The notes under the pieces: model-generated
Told to the model about the DNA's origin: nothing
Database searches by the model: none
What the model saw: the letters and a program-made list of their open reading frames with translations, nothing else
From: a virus
Lineage: Duplodnaviria > Caudoviricetes
DNA length: 38,072 bases
Reading direction: 5' to 3' (one strand)
IMG/VR virus record: IMGVR_UViG_3300005662_000097
Coordinates: 1 to 38,072 of that record
Position numbers and translations under genes: made by a program
In this document: piece after piece, positions 8,644 through 19,845 of the stretch
Numbering within the stretch: position 1 is the stretch's first letter
How the letters are laid out: every line of letters begins with the position of its first letter

Positions 8644-10620
8644 ATGGCAAACGACAACTTCATGGACATAACAGAGGTTGATTTCGAATCAATCAAAAAC
8701 AACTTTAAGGAATACTTAAGATCAAAACCAAAATTCAATGGATATGATTTTGAAGGTTCTTCTATGAATATCCTTATGGATATTCTTGCATATAATACAC
8801 ACTATGCTGCTTTCTATGCCAATATGGTTGGCAATGAAATGTTCATGGATAGTGCAACTAAAAGAGATTCTGTGGTTTCTCACGCAAAAATGCTCAATTA
8901 TGTTCCAAAATCAATAACTTCTGCCAAAGCAGTAGTCAATATTAGAAGAAACAGTTCATCAACAGTAAATCGTGGTGATTATGCGATAGGTCGTTATATT
9001 AACGATAATAATCAAAACATATCAACAGTGTTTACATTTTTACAAGACTATGAATTCAAACAAATATCTTCTACTGAATGGATTATAGAAAATGCAGTTC
9101 TATCTGAAGGAATACTACAAACACTAACCTATGTTTATGATAACAGGCTTCGTGAAAAGAAATTCCTCATTCCAAACAATGCAGATATTAGCACAGTTCG
9201 TGTAAAGATACGACAAAGCGCAGCATCAGCAGATGATGATACCGAAACATGGACAAGAGCAATTGATTTTTCTATGATTGGTTCTGAAGAAAAAATCTAT
9301 TTTCTACAAGCAGCATATGATGGACAATACGAAATATATTTCGGAGATGGAATACTCGGAAAATCACTAAACAATGGTGCTCTCATCTATATTGAATATT
9401 TGCTTTCATCAGGTGAAAATGGAAATTATTATACTTCGTTCAGTTTTCCTGGAGGTGCAGTGGATACTGTTTCCATTGCTTCTGGTGGTTCCTCTGCCGA
9501 AGATATTGTGGATATTAGGAAAAATGCTTTCAAGGCATTTAGTGCCCAAAACAGAAGTGTAACCTCTAAAGATTATGAGAGTTCTGTTCTAGAAGTATTT
9601 CCTCAAGCAGAAAGCGTAAAGGTTTGGGGTGGAGAAGAGAATCAACCTCCTCAATTTGGCAAGGTTTTTATTTCAATTAAACCAAATGGTGCTCTATATG
9701 CTTCTGATGTAGATAAAAGAACAATAGTAGAAAATATTAGAACAAAAGCAGTAGTAGGAATAGTGCCAGAAATAGTCGATCCAGAATTTATCTACGGAAT
9801 TTTAACTGTTAATACAAGTTTTAATCCATCAAAAACACCGTTGTCGAGAAGTGAAATATCTGTTCTACAGAAAAAAGCAATAATGAATTACTTTGATGAA
9901 GTATTAGAAAAATTTGATAGTCCTTTGTATGTTTCTAAACTGAATAAAATTCTTGATGAAGTTGATGGTTCGATATTAGGAACACAGATAAAGACAATGA
10001 TAGAACAAAGAATAAGACCAAGCACGATATATCCAACATTTGTTGATATAAAGTTCTATAACAGAATATACCATCCATATGAAGGTCATAAAGGTGGAGT
10101 AAGATCTTCTCTATTTTCTTATAAAAATTCTGTTGGAGAAATCAAAGAAGCCTATGTCGAAGACAATGGATATGGCAAATTGTCAATAGTCACAGGACAA
10201 GGTGCAAATAAAAAATTCATTATCGAAGATGCAGGTGAAGTTGATTATAATACAGGAAATATGACTATATTTGAATTCAAACCTGTTAATTTTGGAGATA
10301 ACGATCATATCAAAATCAGAATAATGCCAGAATCAAATGATATTTTCGTTATGAAGAACAAGATAATAACAACAACTGTCGATAGCATCTATGTTGAAGT
10401 TCTGACAAAAGATGAAACAGAGAGAATAATGCGTGGAGCAAGCAGAGATTTTGTCGATTATCTCAATGAGAGAGGAAGAATTCCAGATGGGCCAATCGTA
10501 GTTCCGACAGGAACAAATCAATCAATGTCTATATTCAGTGTTCCGAATCTCCCCCCATCTCCTCCTCTTCCAAACAGTGTACCCATAACTATTCCATCTT
10601 TGGGAAGGATAGGCTCATAA
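8644..10620 (+). CDS. gp6: Baseplate wedge subunit gp6
   Basis: DFESIKNNFKEYL...YDFEGS...DILAYNTHY, YEIYFGDG.LGK, AQNRSVT..DY and VWGGEEN.PPQFGKVFISIKP motifs. Confidence 0.95.
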   Translation: MANDNFMDITEVDFESIKNNFKEYLRSKPKFNGYDFEGSSMNILMDILAYNTHYAAFYANMVGNEMFMDSATKRDSVVSHAKMLNYVPKSITSAKAVVNIRRNSSSTVNRGDYAIGRYINDNNQNISTVFTFLQDYEFKQISSTEWIIENAVLSEGILQTLTYVYDNRLREKKFLIPNNADISTVRVKIRQSAASADDDTETWTRAIDFSMIGSEEKIYFLQAAYDGQYEIYFGDGILGKSLNNGALIYIEYLLSSGENGNYYTSFSFPGGAVDTVSIASGGSSAEDIVDIRKNAFKAFSAQNRSVTSKDYESSVLEVFPQAESVKVWGGEENQPPQFGKVFISIKPNGALYASDVDKRTIVENIRTKAVVGIVPEIVDPEFIYGILTVNTSFNPSKTPLSRSEISVLQKKAIMNYFDEVLEKFDSPLYVSKLNKILDEVDGSILGTQIKTMIEQRIRPSTIYPTFVDIKFYNRIYHPYEGHKGGVRSSLFSYKNSVGEIKEAYVEDNGYGKLSIVTGQGANKKFIIEDAGEVDYNTGNMTIFEFKPVNFGDNDHIKIRIMPESNDIFVMKNKIITTTVDSIYVEVLTKDETERIMRGASRDFVDYLNERGRIPDGPIVVPTGTNQSMSIFSVPNLPPSPPLPNSVPITIPSLGRIGS

Positions 10621-10623
10621 GAT

Positions 10624-12237
10624 ATGCCATTTATCTCCACAACAACAACCCCTATTGATAGACCTATGGACACCACAAGGAGAAGTGGTGTTTCTCAAAT
10701 ATTCAAACAGTCTATACCTAAATTCATTCTTGAAGAATATCCTCTTTTTATTGATTTTCTAGAAGCATATTATGAGTGGTTGGATCAAGAAGGAAATCCT
10801 ATTGAATTTTTACAAAATGGAACAAAATACTTTGATGTTGATACCACTGCGGATGGTTTTCTAGATCATTTCAAGAAAACATATCTTGAATCATTTCCAA
10901 AAAATATTAAAATTCACAATGAAGTAACTTTAGACGAAAGAGCCTTGATGAAAAACATCAGGGAATTCTATAAGATCAAAGGTAATGAAAAATCTATACA
11001 ATTGCTCTTTAAAATCATTGCAGACAGTGATACTATCATCGAATATCCTAGAGAGTATATGTTTAAACTCTCATCTGGAAATTATAAAGATTATCATAAA
11101 ATCTATGTTCTTAAAGATTATACAAATCTATCTGATGGATTTGATGTCACAAATGTTAAAGGATTACAAATCAATCAATATGAAGGATTTGTCAATCTTA
11201 TTGCAACAGCAACTATTGATTCAATATATGATATATCAAAAAATGGCAAAGAATACTATGTCATAATTGTAAATAATCCTTCTGGTACTTTCATTGAATC
11301 GGATTTCAGTCCTCTACAAATAACACAAAATGGAACTGTTTATGAATACTATGCCGTCCCAGGTGTCGTAGATGTTGTTGTTAAAAATGGAGGCTCTGGA
11401 TATTCTGTTGGAGAATTCTTCTCTATAGGAAACACATATCAAGAACACATCAAGGGATTTATATCACAAACATCAATTGATGGCAAAATCAACGGAATTC
11501 AAATTTTTGACAATCCAGTAAATTACAATGGATCAGATATAGTTGTTTTTGATTCTCCTTTTGGGACAGGTGGTAATGTTAGTATTACAACAGGAATTCT
11601 AACAGAAGTTATTCAAGAATACGAAGACAATAAAAATCTATTAAGCAGAGTTTCGAAAATTCAAGACAGTTTCGAATATCAGCAGTTTTCTTATATTGTA
11701 AAATCAAAGCGATCATTAGAAGAATATATTGATGCCATAAAAAATATCATACATCCATCAGGATTTATCATCTTTAATTCTCTATACAATAATGTGATAG
11801 AATCAAGACCAAGTGAATATAAAACAAGAATATTGGCATTTGAAAGAACAAGCATAGGATCTTATGCTTCATATTTACTTGGTAGTAATACAGGATATGG
11901 ATCTACTTTACCGTGGAATCCAACATTTCCTGGCGATCCGAATCCAAGAAAACGATGGGGTTTTGTATTTTCCGAATTCCCATTCGGAGCAACATCGGTA
12001 AACCCAAATCTAGTTTTATCTTGTTGTACAGCAGGAGCAGGGTATGAAAATGGTCTATTTGCTCCAAATATAACATTTTTAGCAAATCCAGAAGAAAGTC
12101 AATATCCTGGAGTAACTCATTGGATGTTATATCCACATCCAGCAGTCAGAGGAATGGCATCCGTTCCTATTGGTTCTACATTTGGTAGAATAAAACTAGC
12201 AGATGTTTTAAAAATGCCAGTTCCTATCATATCATAA
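10624..12237 (+). CDS. gp7: Baseplate wedge initiator gp7-like (short form)
   Basis: IPKFILEEYPLFIDFLEAYYEW, EFYKIKGNEKSIQLLF and IQDSFEYQQFSYIVKS...IHPSG motifs; sits between gp6 and gp8. Confidence 0.8.
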   Translation: MPFISTTTTPIDRPMDTTRRSGVSQIFKQSIPKFILEEYPLFIDFLEAYYEWLDQEGNPIEFLQNGTKYFDVDTTADGFLDHFKKTYLESFPKNIKIHNEVTLDERALMKNIREFYKIKGNEKSIQLLFKIIADSDTIIEYPREYMFKLSSGNYKDYHKIYVLKDYTNLSDGFDVTNVKGLQINQYEGFVNLIATATIDSIYDISKNGKEYYVIIVNNPSGTFIESDFSPLQITQNGTVYEYYAVPGVVDVVVKNGGSGYSVGEFFSIGNTYQEHIKGFISQTSIDGKINGIQIFDNPVNYNGSDIVVFDSPFGTGGNVSITTGILTEVIQEYEDNKNLLSRVSKIQDSFEYQQFSYIVKSKRSLEEYIDAIKNIIHPSGFIIFNSLYNNVIESRPSEYKTRILAFERTSIGSYASYLLGSNTGYGSTLPWNPTFPGDPNPRKRWGFVFSEFPFGATSVNPNLVLSCCTAGAGYENGLFAPNITFLANPEESQYPGVTHWMLYPHPAVRGMASVPIGSTFGRIKLADVLKMPVPIIS

Positions 12238-12252
12238 TAGAGGAGATTAAAT

Positions 12253-12534
12253 ATGCCAGAATTCACAGGCTTCAAAAGTACAACTCTTGTCGGAAAGAAC
12301 GATTTGCCATCTGGTTCTTCTGTTGTAAAGACACCACAAAACAATCTTGTTATTCACGAATATATTGCACAGCCAATAGTGAAATCAACCAGTACCCTTG
12401 ATAGTGTTATAAGAGGAGAAATTGAACTTATAGGTCAATTAACAAATATAGAGGTATATCAAAGCCAATCATCAAAACCATCAACAATTAAAGATAAAGT
12501 AGTTCCAGCAGCAGGGGAAATTGCTATACCTTAA
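12253..12534 (+). CDS. Hypothetical baseplate-cluster protein
   Basis: Strong AGGAG RBS; lies between gp7 and gp8. Confidence 0.6.
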   Translation: MPEFTGFKSTTLVGKNDLPSGSSVVKTPQNNLVIHEYIAQPIVKSTSTLDSVIRGEIELIGQLTNIEVYQSQSSKPSTIKDKVVPAAGEIAIP

Positions 12535-12541
12535 TTTCAAA

Positions 12542-12549
12542 CATAGATA
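12542..12549 (+). promoter_or_regulatory. Putative late promoter variant (CATAGATA)
   Basis: Intergenic, 24 nt before the gp8 ATG. Confidence 0.45.
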
Positions 12550-12573
12550 CTAAAAACAAAAGATGGAATTAAT

Positions 12574-14652
12574 ATGCCTGTAGAAACAACAACAAAAGAA
12601 GTCATAAGAAGAGGAATAGCCAGTTCCTTTTATAAGGAAATATTAGATCCTATACGATCATATTTTATTGTTTTAGGAAGAAGTTATCCTTGGGAGTCTT
12701 TAACAGGAGTAAAAATCACAGCGGGTGGAGAGACTATCCCTTATGCTATTGACAGCGTAGACAATTTCAATCAGAGCACGAGAGATGGATTTTTTGCAAA
12801 AAGAATCGGAGCAAATGATATACGCTTGATGATACCATTGATACAATGGACTAGAGGAACTCGTTATGCGAAATATTCTTCATCTGTTAATGTTTTTGAT
12901 GAAAATTATGTATTTTATGTCTATACATCAGATGGTAGTGTGTACAAATGTCTAGAGAACGGAAGAAATCAAATAGAAACAGGTCTTCCTTCTCTGTATG
13001 AACCAAATGTAAAAGATACTATTAATTCATTTAAAACTCCAGACGGATACACATGGAAATATCTGTATTCGATACCTGATTATGAAAACAGATTGGTGAC
13101 GAATTTTACAGATGAAACAAACTATATTCCAGTATCAAGACCTACTGGAAATTATACTTTTGGTGAAAGAATATTACAATTCGAAGTTCAAGAGAATGCA
13201 ATAGAAGGTACTGTTGATAGCGTATTCATAAGTCCAACAACAGGTCTTTCTGCTTCAAAAACAAATCCAAGTGCTGCTGCAAATGTTTGTGTGTCTACAG
13301 CAAAAAGCAGAGATTATCAGATAATTTCTGGTTTATCTGGTGCAACCACGATGACAATTGGAAGTGCTACCCTTATTTCACAGGCAACGAATATCTACAA
13401 AGATTATACAATAACAATTACCAATGGTTTGGCTGGAGGTATTTCTAGACTGATTACTGGTTATACTTATGCCCCATCAGGCGGTGTATTATCATTCACT
13501 ACTCCTTTGCCAAGAGATGTTCCTGTTGGATCAAACTATCAGATAGCACCAACACTAAAGATATTAGGAGATGGAACAGGTGCTGAAGGATATCTCAAAT
13601 TAACCGAATATCCAAAATCATTTGATCTTGAAAAATTTGTAGTAACCAATATTGGTAGAGATTACACATATGCCCTAGTGAGCAATCCAGGGCCATCTGG
13701 TTCTCTAGTAAATTTTGATGCTCAAGCAAATGTTGCTCCTCCTGGTGGTCATGGATTTGATGCGATAAAAGAACTAAATCCATCTTATATCCAACTGTGT
13801 GTTGATATCAATGGTGGAGAAACTGCATCAACACTATATCTTGCCGATGGAGAATTTAGGCAAATAATGCTTTTGAAAGATCCATTGCTTTGGGAGTCTA
13901 GTAAAATTGCAGGAACAGAAAATGCAAAATTTGATGAAATCGTAGTGAGAACTATTTCGGCAACTGCTGATATCTCCCACATGATCTCTGGAAATTATAT
14001 TTTCGGTGAAACTTCCAAATGCGTCGGTAGAATTCAAAATGTAAGAAATACTGGAAGAGATTGGATTCTTCTTATAAATTCTCTTAATGGTAATTTACTA
14101 GAAACATCATCGGGTGTAAATGGTGAGAGTATTTCTCTTTATTCGCATCCTGCCGCTGGTTCTGAATTCAAAAGACTATCAAAAGATGTTGGATTTGTTG
14201 TTTCTTCTTCTCCATATCTTGCGGCAAATGCATCAAATCAAGTTTATAGACTTACCACGACTGTTGGTTTAACAGCAGCATCATTTTCAAATGCACTGTC
14301 AACCTATAAGAAAGGATTTGCCTATCTTGCTGGAACAAGTGCAGAGAAATTCTATTCTAGAGTATTCTCAATAAGAACTGCTAGTGGTGGTTCTGCTTCA
14401 CATTATGTTGAGTTAACGGGAGTTATAGGGTTGAATAATCTAATAGCCGCTGGCTCATCTGGATCTCTGTCGTTTGACAGACTACTTGCTGGAGGAACAA
14501 TAGATCCAAATGACGGTTCAGCACAGATTGTATCAATTAGTCCTCCTAAATTCGAACCTCTTTCTGGTGAAATAGTCTACATAGAAAATACAGAGGCTAA
14601 AACTAGAGATAGAGTTCAAACCGAAAGAATATCCATACTCATTAAGATTTGA
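12574..14652 (+). CDS. gp8: Baseplate wedge subunit gp8
   Basis: W..GT.Y..Y, VYKCLEN, DGYTWKYLY, PPGGHGFDAIKEL, FRQI.LLKDP and C-terminal SGEIVYIEN....R...QTE.I.I motifs. Confidence 0.9.
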   Translation: MPVETTTKEVIRRGIASSFYKEILDPIRSYFIVLGRSYPWESLTGVKITAGGETIPYAIDSVDNFNQSTRDGFFAKRIGANDIRLMIPLIQWTRGTRYAKYSSSVNVFDENYVFYVYTSDGSVYKCLENGRNQIETGLPSLYEPNVKDTINSFKTPDGYTWKYLYSIPDYENRLVTNFTDETNYIPVSRPTGNYTFGERILQFEVQENAIEGTVDSVFISPTTGLSASKTNPSAAANVCVSTAKSRDYQIISGLSGATTMTIGSATLISQATNIYKDYTITITNGLAGGISRLITGYTYAPSGGVLSFTTPLPRDVPVGSNYQIAPTLKILGDGTGAEGYLKLTEYPKSFDLEKFVVTNIGRDYTYALVSNPGPSGSLVNFDAQANVAPPGGHGFDAIKELNPSYIQLCVDINGGETASTLYLADGEFRQIMLLKDPLLWESSKIAGTENAKFDEIVVRTISATADISHMISGNYIFGETSKCVGRIQNVRNTGRDWILLINSLNGNLLETSSGVNGESISLYSHPAAGSEFKRLSKDVGFVVSSSPYLAANASNQVYRLTTTVGLTAASFSNALSTYKKGFAYLAGTSAEKFYSRVFSIRTASGGSASHYVELTGVIGLNNLIAAGSSGSLSFDRLLAGGTIDPNDGSAQIVSISPPKFEPLSGEIVYIENTEAKTRDRVQTERISILIKI

Positions 14653-14660
14653 GGTAACTG

Positions 14661-17600
14661 ATGTCTGATTTAGGTATTGTAAACAAACCACCTTATTTTG
14701 ATGATTTTGATCCATCAAAAAACTATTCCAAAATACTATTCAGACCAGGAAGGGCTGTTCAGTCCCGTGAATTGACACAAATTCAATCCATATTACAAAA
14801 GCAGTTATCATCTGTTAGCGATAAGACCATTAGATCTCCTATTGTGTTTGGAGGAGACTTTAAAATCGTAAAAGTTAAATATCTTAAGTTCCAATATGAC
14901 GAGAATCCTAACTTTTTAAAGAATAAATTGATATCATTTGGAGAAGGTGATAGTGTAACTCAAATAAAAATTCTTGAAATAATAGAAACTAGCGATTCTT
15001 ATTCTAATAATTATACTGCTTTATTTGAATATCGTTCTGGAAATGAATTCACAACCGCTCTTAATTTTAATCCTCTTCCAGAACTAGACCAATCACTTGT
15101 TGGTACAGTTGTAGATGAAGAGAATTTAGAACAAACAATATTTACTTTTAATTTCTTATCAGTACCAGACTATTCTACTCTTTCCGCAGTTGATAGAAAT
15201 GCAGACACAGGATTATCTCTTTACGGAGATGCTCTTTTGGCTAGACTCAATTCTGGAGTTTTCTATAGAAAAGGATATTTTGTATTTACAACAGAACCAT
15301 TACTTTTGGTTTTAAAGATATCAACACAAAGCAGTGGCTCTGGAATTTACACAAATTATGCACCAACTTTACAGAATAGCCGTATTGGTCTTTTGTTATC
15401 TCCAGAGTATGTCACTACCGAAGAAGACCCAACACTCTATGATCCTTCTGCTGGTTTCTATAACTTTGCAGCACCTGGAGCAGATAGACTCAAAATTGTC
15501 CCATCTTTAATCCAAATTGGTGATAATACAAACCTTGATGTAATAGAATTAGTCGATGTTATTAATGGTAATACTAGACCATCAGATCCAATATTAAAAC
15601 AATCACAATCAAATTCTAATATATTTATTAGTAAGAACTGTGATGGTGATAAAATACTAAAACCATTCATTATTGATATTATCGGTTCCACTCTTAATAT
15701 TAATAGCGGAAGAGCCATTGTCAATTGTACGGACATAGAAATAGTAGAACCACAAACTGTTAATTTGACCAAAGGTCAAGATAACAAAAAACTATTCAAT
15801 CAAGCATATAACGATCAGTGCCTTTCTGATGCTGTTATAGTGCAGAGCAATTTTGAAACTCCATTATTTGCAGGTGTTTCTGGCAATAATTACTCTTCAG
15901 TAAACACAAACTATTTCGGTAGTGGTAAAATAAGAAAATTATTCTCCGATGAAGCAACACGACTTGAAATAGTAAATTGCGATGGAATTAAAATAGGTTG
16001 CTTGACTTTACTAGACATAGAAAAAAATGATGATACATCTTTCCGCCTATACTATAATGAACTTCAGAGTTATGTTTCAACAATAGCAACAGAGAATCTA
16101 TTCTCTGATGCTTGTACTATTTCTTTAGATGGTGAAAAGGTATTCACCATAGAAAGCCCAACACCTGTAACTTGTATGGATTCTACTCCTGGCGGTAAAA
16201 AAAGACTTGTTTATCGTATGCCTAGAGGATCTAATATAAGGTCTGTGTTTGATTCGGACTATATGATAACCCGTGATTTTGTAGGTGATATATCATCGGC
16301 AACAATACCTGGTTCAAATAATGGTTCTCCCATTTCTGCTGTTGTCTGTGAATTCAATATGGATATTCCCGATGGAGTATTCAACGACAACAATACAACA
16401 ATAAACACAGATATGTTTATTGCTTCTGTCAATGGAAAAGTTATTCCTCTAAAGAGTGGAACATCAAAAACTCCTCATATGAGAATAAATGAAAGCAAGA
16501 CTAAAGTCACTTTAGTGTTGAGTACATCTGAATTTTCTCCAACTGCGGAAGACAATACAACTGCAATAACTATCCCAACTGCTGGAAAGGCATATCTGAT
16601 TACAAAAGTCAGATTTCCAGAAAAATCTTCTGCGACTCCATCTGGAGCGGTTTCTTCTACTCCAATTCCGCATAGAAAGAAAAAATTAAGAGAAGCAAGA
16701 GGATCGTATGTGCAGAATTTATATCTTGATCCTACCATTAGTTTAGGATTCTCTGATGTTTATACACTAAAATCAATTGTCAATTCAAATGGAACGGACA
16801 TAACAGATAGATTTATATTTGACGATGGACAGAGAAACGACCGTTACGATCATGCAAGTGTTAGCCTTTTACCAGGAATAACTGTTGATAATTCGGAACA
16901 GGAATACACAATACTATTCCGTTACTTTGAACACGAACCAATTGCTCCTGGTTTCTATGGCCCAATAACCGTTAATTCTTATGGATTTGATTCCAATGGA
17001 CTTCCAATCAGTGGTTTCCACGGACTAGACTTAAGTGGAAATCAGATGACATTACAGTATTACGAGATACCAAATTTCTTGGATAGAATATCAGGAGAGG
17101 TTATTTCTCTAGCAGATGCTATAGATTACAGAATGATCCGAACAGAAGAAGGTCTGATAGAAAATGGAGTAAGCAAATCTTCAATATTAAGAGCAAGATG
17201 GTTCCCATCTCCTGATTCTTCTTCTGCGGTTGAGTCTAGTTATAAATTAGATTTACCAAGAATAGATCTTTTGGTATTGAGAGAAGATGGTACATTTGTT
17301 CTTCTAGAAGGAGAACCATCGAAGAATCCCGTTCCACCAGAATATCCAAAGGACGGATGTGTTATTGCTGAAATTAATGTTCCTGGTACTATTGTCTCTT
17401 CTGAAGATTTTATCATCAGAAAACCTCTAATAAAAACAATGACTCTACCAGAATTGAATGATCTGCAAGGAAGACTTTCAGAATTAGAGAAAGCCGTTTC
17501 AATACAAACCCTTGAAAATAAGGCTAAAATTCAAAGTGCTGCTTTAAGAAATGAATTCTTAACAGGTATGATTGTCGATGATTTCGGTGGTCACTATGTT

Positions 17601-19841
17601 GGTGATGTTTCAAACGATGAATACAACTGTTCTATGGATTTTTCCAAAGGAACTCTTCGTCTTCCATTTACTACAAACTTCTTTGATTTTATACCAAGTT
17701 TGGGATATCCCACATCTATAACCGCAGAATCTGGCTATTTCCTCACAGCAGAAGAAAATGTAGGCGTTACTCTAGTTCAGAATCTACAAGCAACAACTGT
17801 TGCTACAATTAATTCTTTTGGTTCAAATGAATGGCATGGATATCTATCAATAGACAGACCATTTCATCTTTGGATAGACCAAAGTTCAAAACCTGTCATA
17901 CGAAATAACCAAAAGGGACAAAACGATGCTTGGGAATCTGGTGGACAATCCGTTCAGCCGAATGGAAGATTGAATGGATTTGGAACACAATGGGGATTCT
18001 GGAAGAATCTTTGGTTTGGAGATAGATTGCTACCACCATCTTCGTATGAAAAAGACAGAGCAGTTGCTAAAGGATTCTCGGATGAAATCACGAACAATGC
18101 ACCTTCTCGCTTCACAAGAAGCATCAATTATGATGATCTGTTTGCTCCTAATAGAAAAACAATAGGAAATGGTGGATTTGGCATGACTGATAGAAAGAGC
18201 AACAGATATGTTGACTCATCTTTAAGTTTCTTTACTCCGGAAAATTACATCATAATCAGAGGTTTTGGGTTGAAACCAAACACTGTTTTCTCTGTATTCT
18301 TTGATAATGTCAACACTCCTGTTTTACCATCAAGAATAATGGATTTAAATGGCGAAGTTCTACAATCTTTGGTTAGTTCCGACGCAGGAACAGTTGAATT
18401 TGTTCTCTATATTCCAAATGCTGCATATATCACAGGAAATAAAGTAGTAAAAATAATAGAGAATACTTTAAGCAGCAATCCATCATATGCATCGACAATC
18501 TACCAAAATAATGGAGCAGATTGGAAAGATCTGGCTGAAGGCGATGACAATACGGTTGAATATGAATTCTATCCTATAGGAAGAACAGATGTTCTTCTAA
18601 AGAACGAAAAGACTCTATACAATAAGAACATATCAAATACGGGAATTTATCAGAAGTTCTTTATAGATGGAACAGAGCATCCAAAAGGAATTATTTTGGA
18701 TCGAATTGGAGTTTATTTCTCTAATATAGACACAAATATACCAGTATCAATAGAGATAAGAAAGATTATAGACGGTGTTGTAGACGATCACAATATAATA
18801 AGAGGTTCTAGAACAGAAATACTACCAACAACTATTGGATATTCTGAATTTACATTCAATAGACCAATATATCTTTCTTCTGGAGAATATTCAATACTAT
18901 TGAAAACCAATTCGAATCTATACAAAGTTCATATTTCACAAAAAGGACTTATCCGTGTAGACACTGATGCATCAGAAGAAGATGAAGATATATTGGCTAC
19001 ATCTGTATTTGGGACTAACGGTTTGTTTGCCGGAAGCCTCTTCTCACAGGCAGAAGATTTCAACTCTTGCTTAAGATTCTATATCAAGAGGAAATCATTC
19101 AAAACATCATCAATAACAGAGAGATATTTCATACCAAGATTGCCACTGTTCTCTCCTTTGAATAAAGAAATATCTTACGACATGATTTATTTTGCAAACA
19201 ACAACTGGAGACTCACTACAGGAGATGTTGACTATGCTCTAGCAAATGAAGACATAGTTGATATATCATCAAATACTGATATAGAAGGATCTGATATCTT
19301 TGACACATCATCAACACAATTAAGAGTAAGAGTAGCAACATCAAGAACAGATGTTTCTTCGATTGTCGATATTAGAAAACTTGGAATATTATTGATTAAA
19401 AATCATATTTCAAAGACAACAGATATTATGCAAAATGGATCAGAAACAAAGAGTTTTGCTGGTTCTAATGGCTCTTTGATGAAGTATATTTCAAGAAGAA
19501 CTGATTTGAAATTACCAGCAAATGTTTTGCGAACAACTTTTGATGCTGTTGTTCCAACAGATATTGATATCAAATTGTATGCAAAGGTTCTCTACGAAGG
19601 CGATTTGGACTTTGATAGCCAACCCTACATTGAAATGCAGAAAATTTTAGGTTCCAGTGCAATATCAAAAGATAAATTCACAGAACAAGTATTCGAATTG
19701 GATCTTTCTCCAAATTCAAAGAATTTCATTTCTTTCTGTGTAAAGGTTATAACTACATCTAATAGTACAGATGTTTCTACCAACAAGATAGAGTTTTACC
19801 CAGAAATAAGAAATCTCAGCGTTGTTTCTTCTATGAGGTAA
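14661..19841 (+). CDS. Large baseplate/tail structural protein, VrlC/DUF4815-like
   Basis: PYFDDFD..KNY.KILFRPGRAVQSRELTQIQSILQ, APGADRLKI, FDDGQR..RYD and G.IVDDF.GH motifs of the protein that follows gp8 in T4-like cyano- and pelagiphages. Confidence 0.85.
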   Translation: MSDLGIVNKPPYFDDFDPSKNYSKILFRPGRAVQSRELTQIQSILQKQLSSVSDKTIRSPIVFGGDFKIVKVKYLKFQYDENPNFLKNKLISFGEGDSVTQIKILEIIETSDSYSNNYTALFEYRSGNEFTTALNFNPLPELDQSLVGTVVDEENLEQTIFTFNFLSVPDYSTLSAVDRNADTGLSLYGDALLARLNSGVFYRKGYFVFTTEPLLLVLKISTQSSGSGIYTNYAPTLQNSRIGLLLSPEYVTTEEDPTLYDPSAGFYNFAAPGADRLKIVPSLIQIGDNTNLDVIELVDVINGNTRPSDPILKQSQSNSNIFISKNCDGDKILKPFIIDIIGSTLNINSGRAIVNCTDIEIVEPQTVNLTKGQDNKKLFNQAYNDQCLSDAVIVQSNFETPLFAGVSGNNYSSVNTNYFGSGKIRKLFSDEATRLEIVNCDGIKIGCLTLLDIEKNDDTSFRLYYNELQSYVSTIATENLFSDACTISLDGEKVFTIESPTPVTCMDSTPGGKKRLVYRMPRGSNIRSVFDSDYMITRDFVGDISSATIPGSNNGSPISAVVCEFNMDIPDGVFNDNNTTINTDMFIASVNGKVIPLKSGTSKTPHMRINESKTKVTLVLSTSEFSPTAEDNTTAITIPTAGKAYLITKVRFPEKSSATPSGAVSSTPIPHRKKKLREARGSYVQNLYLDPTISLGFSDVYTLKSIVNSNGTDITDRFIFDDGQRNDRYDHASVSLLPGITVDNSEQEYTILFRYFEHEPIAPGFYGPITVNSYGFDSNGLPISGFHGLDLSGNQMTLQYYEIPNFLDRISGEVISLADAIDYRMIRTEEGLIENGVSKSSILRARWFPSPDSSSAVESSYKLDLPRIDLLVLREDGTFVLLEGEPSKNPVPPEYPKDGCVIAEINVPGTIVSSEDFIIRKPLIKTMTLPELNDLQGRLSELEKAVSIQTLENKAKIQSAALRNEFLTGMIVDDFGGHYVGDVSNDEYNCSMDFSKGTLRLPFTTNFFDFIPSLGYPTSITAESGYFLTAEENVGVTLVQNLQATTVATINSFGSNEWHGYLSIDRPFHLWIDQSSKPVIRNNQKGQNDAWESGGQSVQPNGRLNGFGTQWGFWKNLWFGDRLLPPSSYEKDRAVAKGFSDEITNNAPSRFTRSINYDDLFAPNRKTIGNGGFGMTDRKSNRYVDSSLSFFTPENYIIIRGFGLKPNTVFSVFFDNVNTPVLPSRIMDLNGEVLQSLVSSDAGTVEFVLYIPNAAYITGNKVVKIIENTLSSNPSYASTIYQNNGADWKDLAEGDDNTVEYEFYPIGRTDVLLKNEKTLYNKNISNTGIYQKFFIDGTEHPKGIILDRIGVYFSNIDTNIPVSIEIRKIIDGVVDDHNIIRGSRTEILPTTIGYSEFTFNRPIYLSSGEYSILLKTNSNLYKVHISQKGLIRVDTDASEEDEDILATSVFGTNGLFAGSLFSQAEDFNSCLRFYIKRKSFKTSSITERYFIPRLPLFSPLNKEISYDMIYFANNNWRLTTGDVDYALANEDIVDISSNTDIEGSDIFDTSSTQLRVRVATSRTDVSSIVDIRKLGILLIKNHISKTTDIMQNGSETKSFAGSNGSLMKYISRRTDLKLPANVLRTTFDAVVPTDIDIKLYAKVLYEGDLDFDSQPYIEMQKILGSSAISKDKFTEQVFELDLSPNSKNFISFCVKVITTSNSTDVSTNKIEFYPEIRNLSVVSSMR

Positions 19842-19845
19842 TGAT

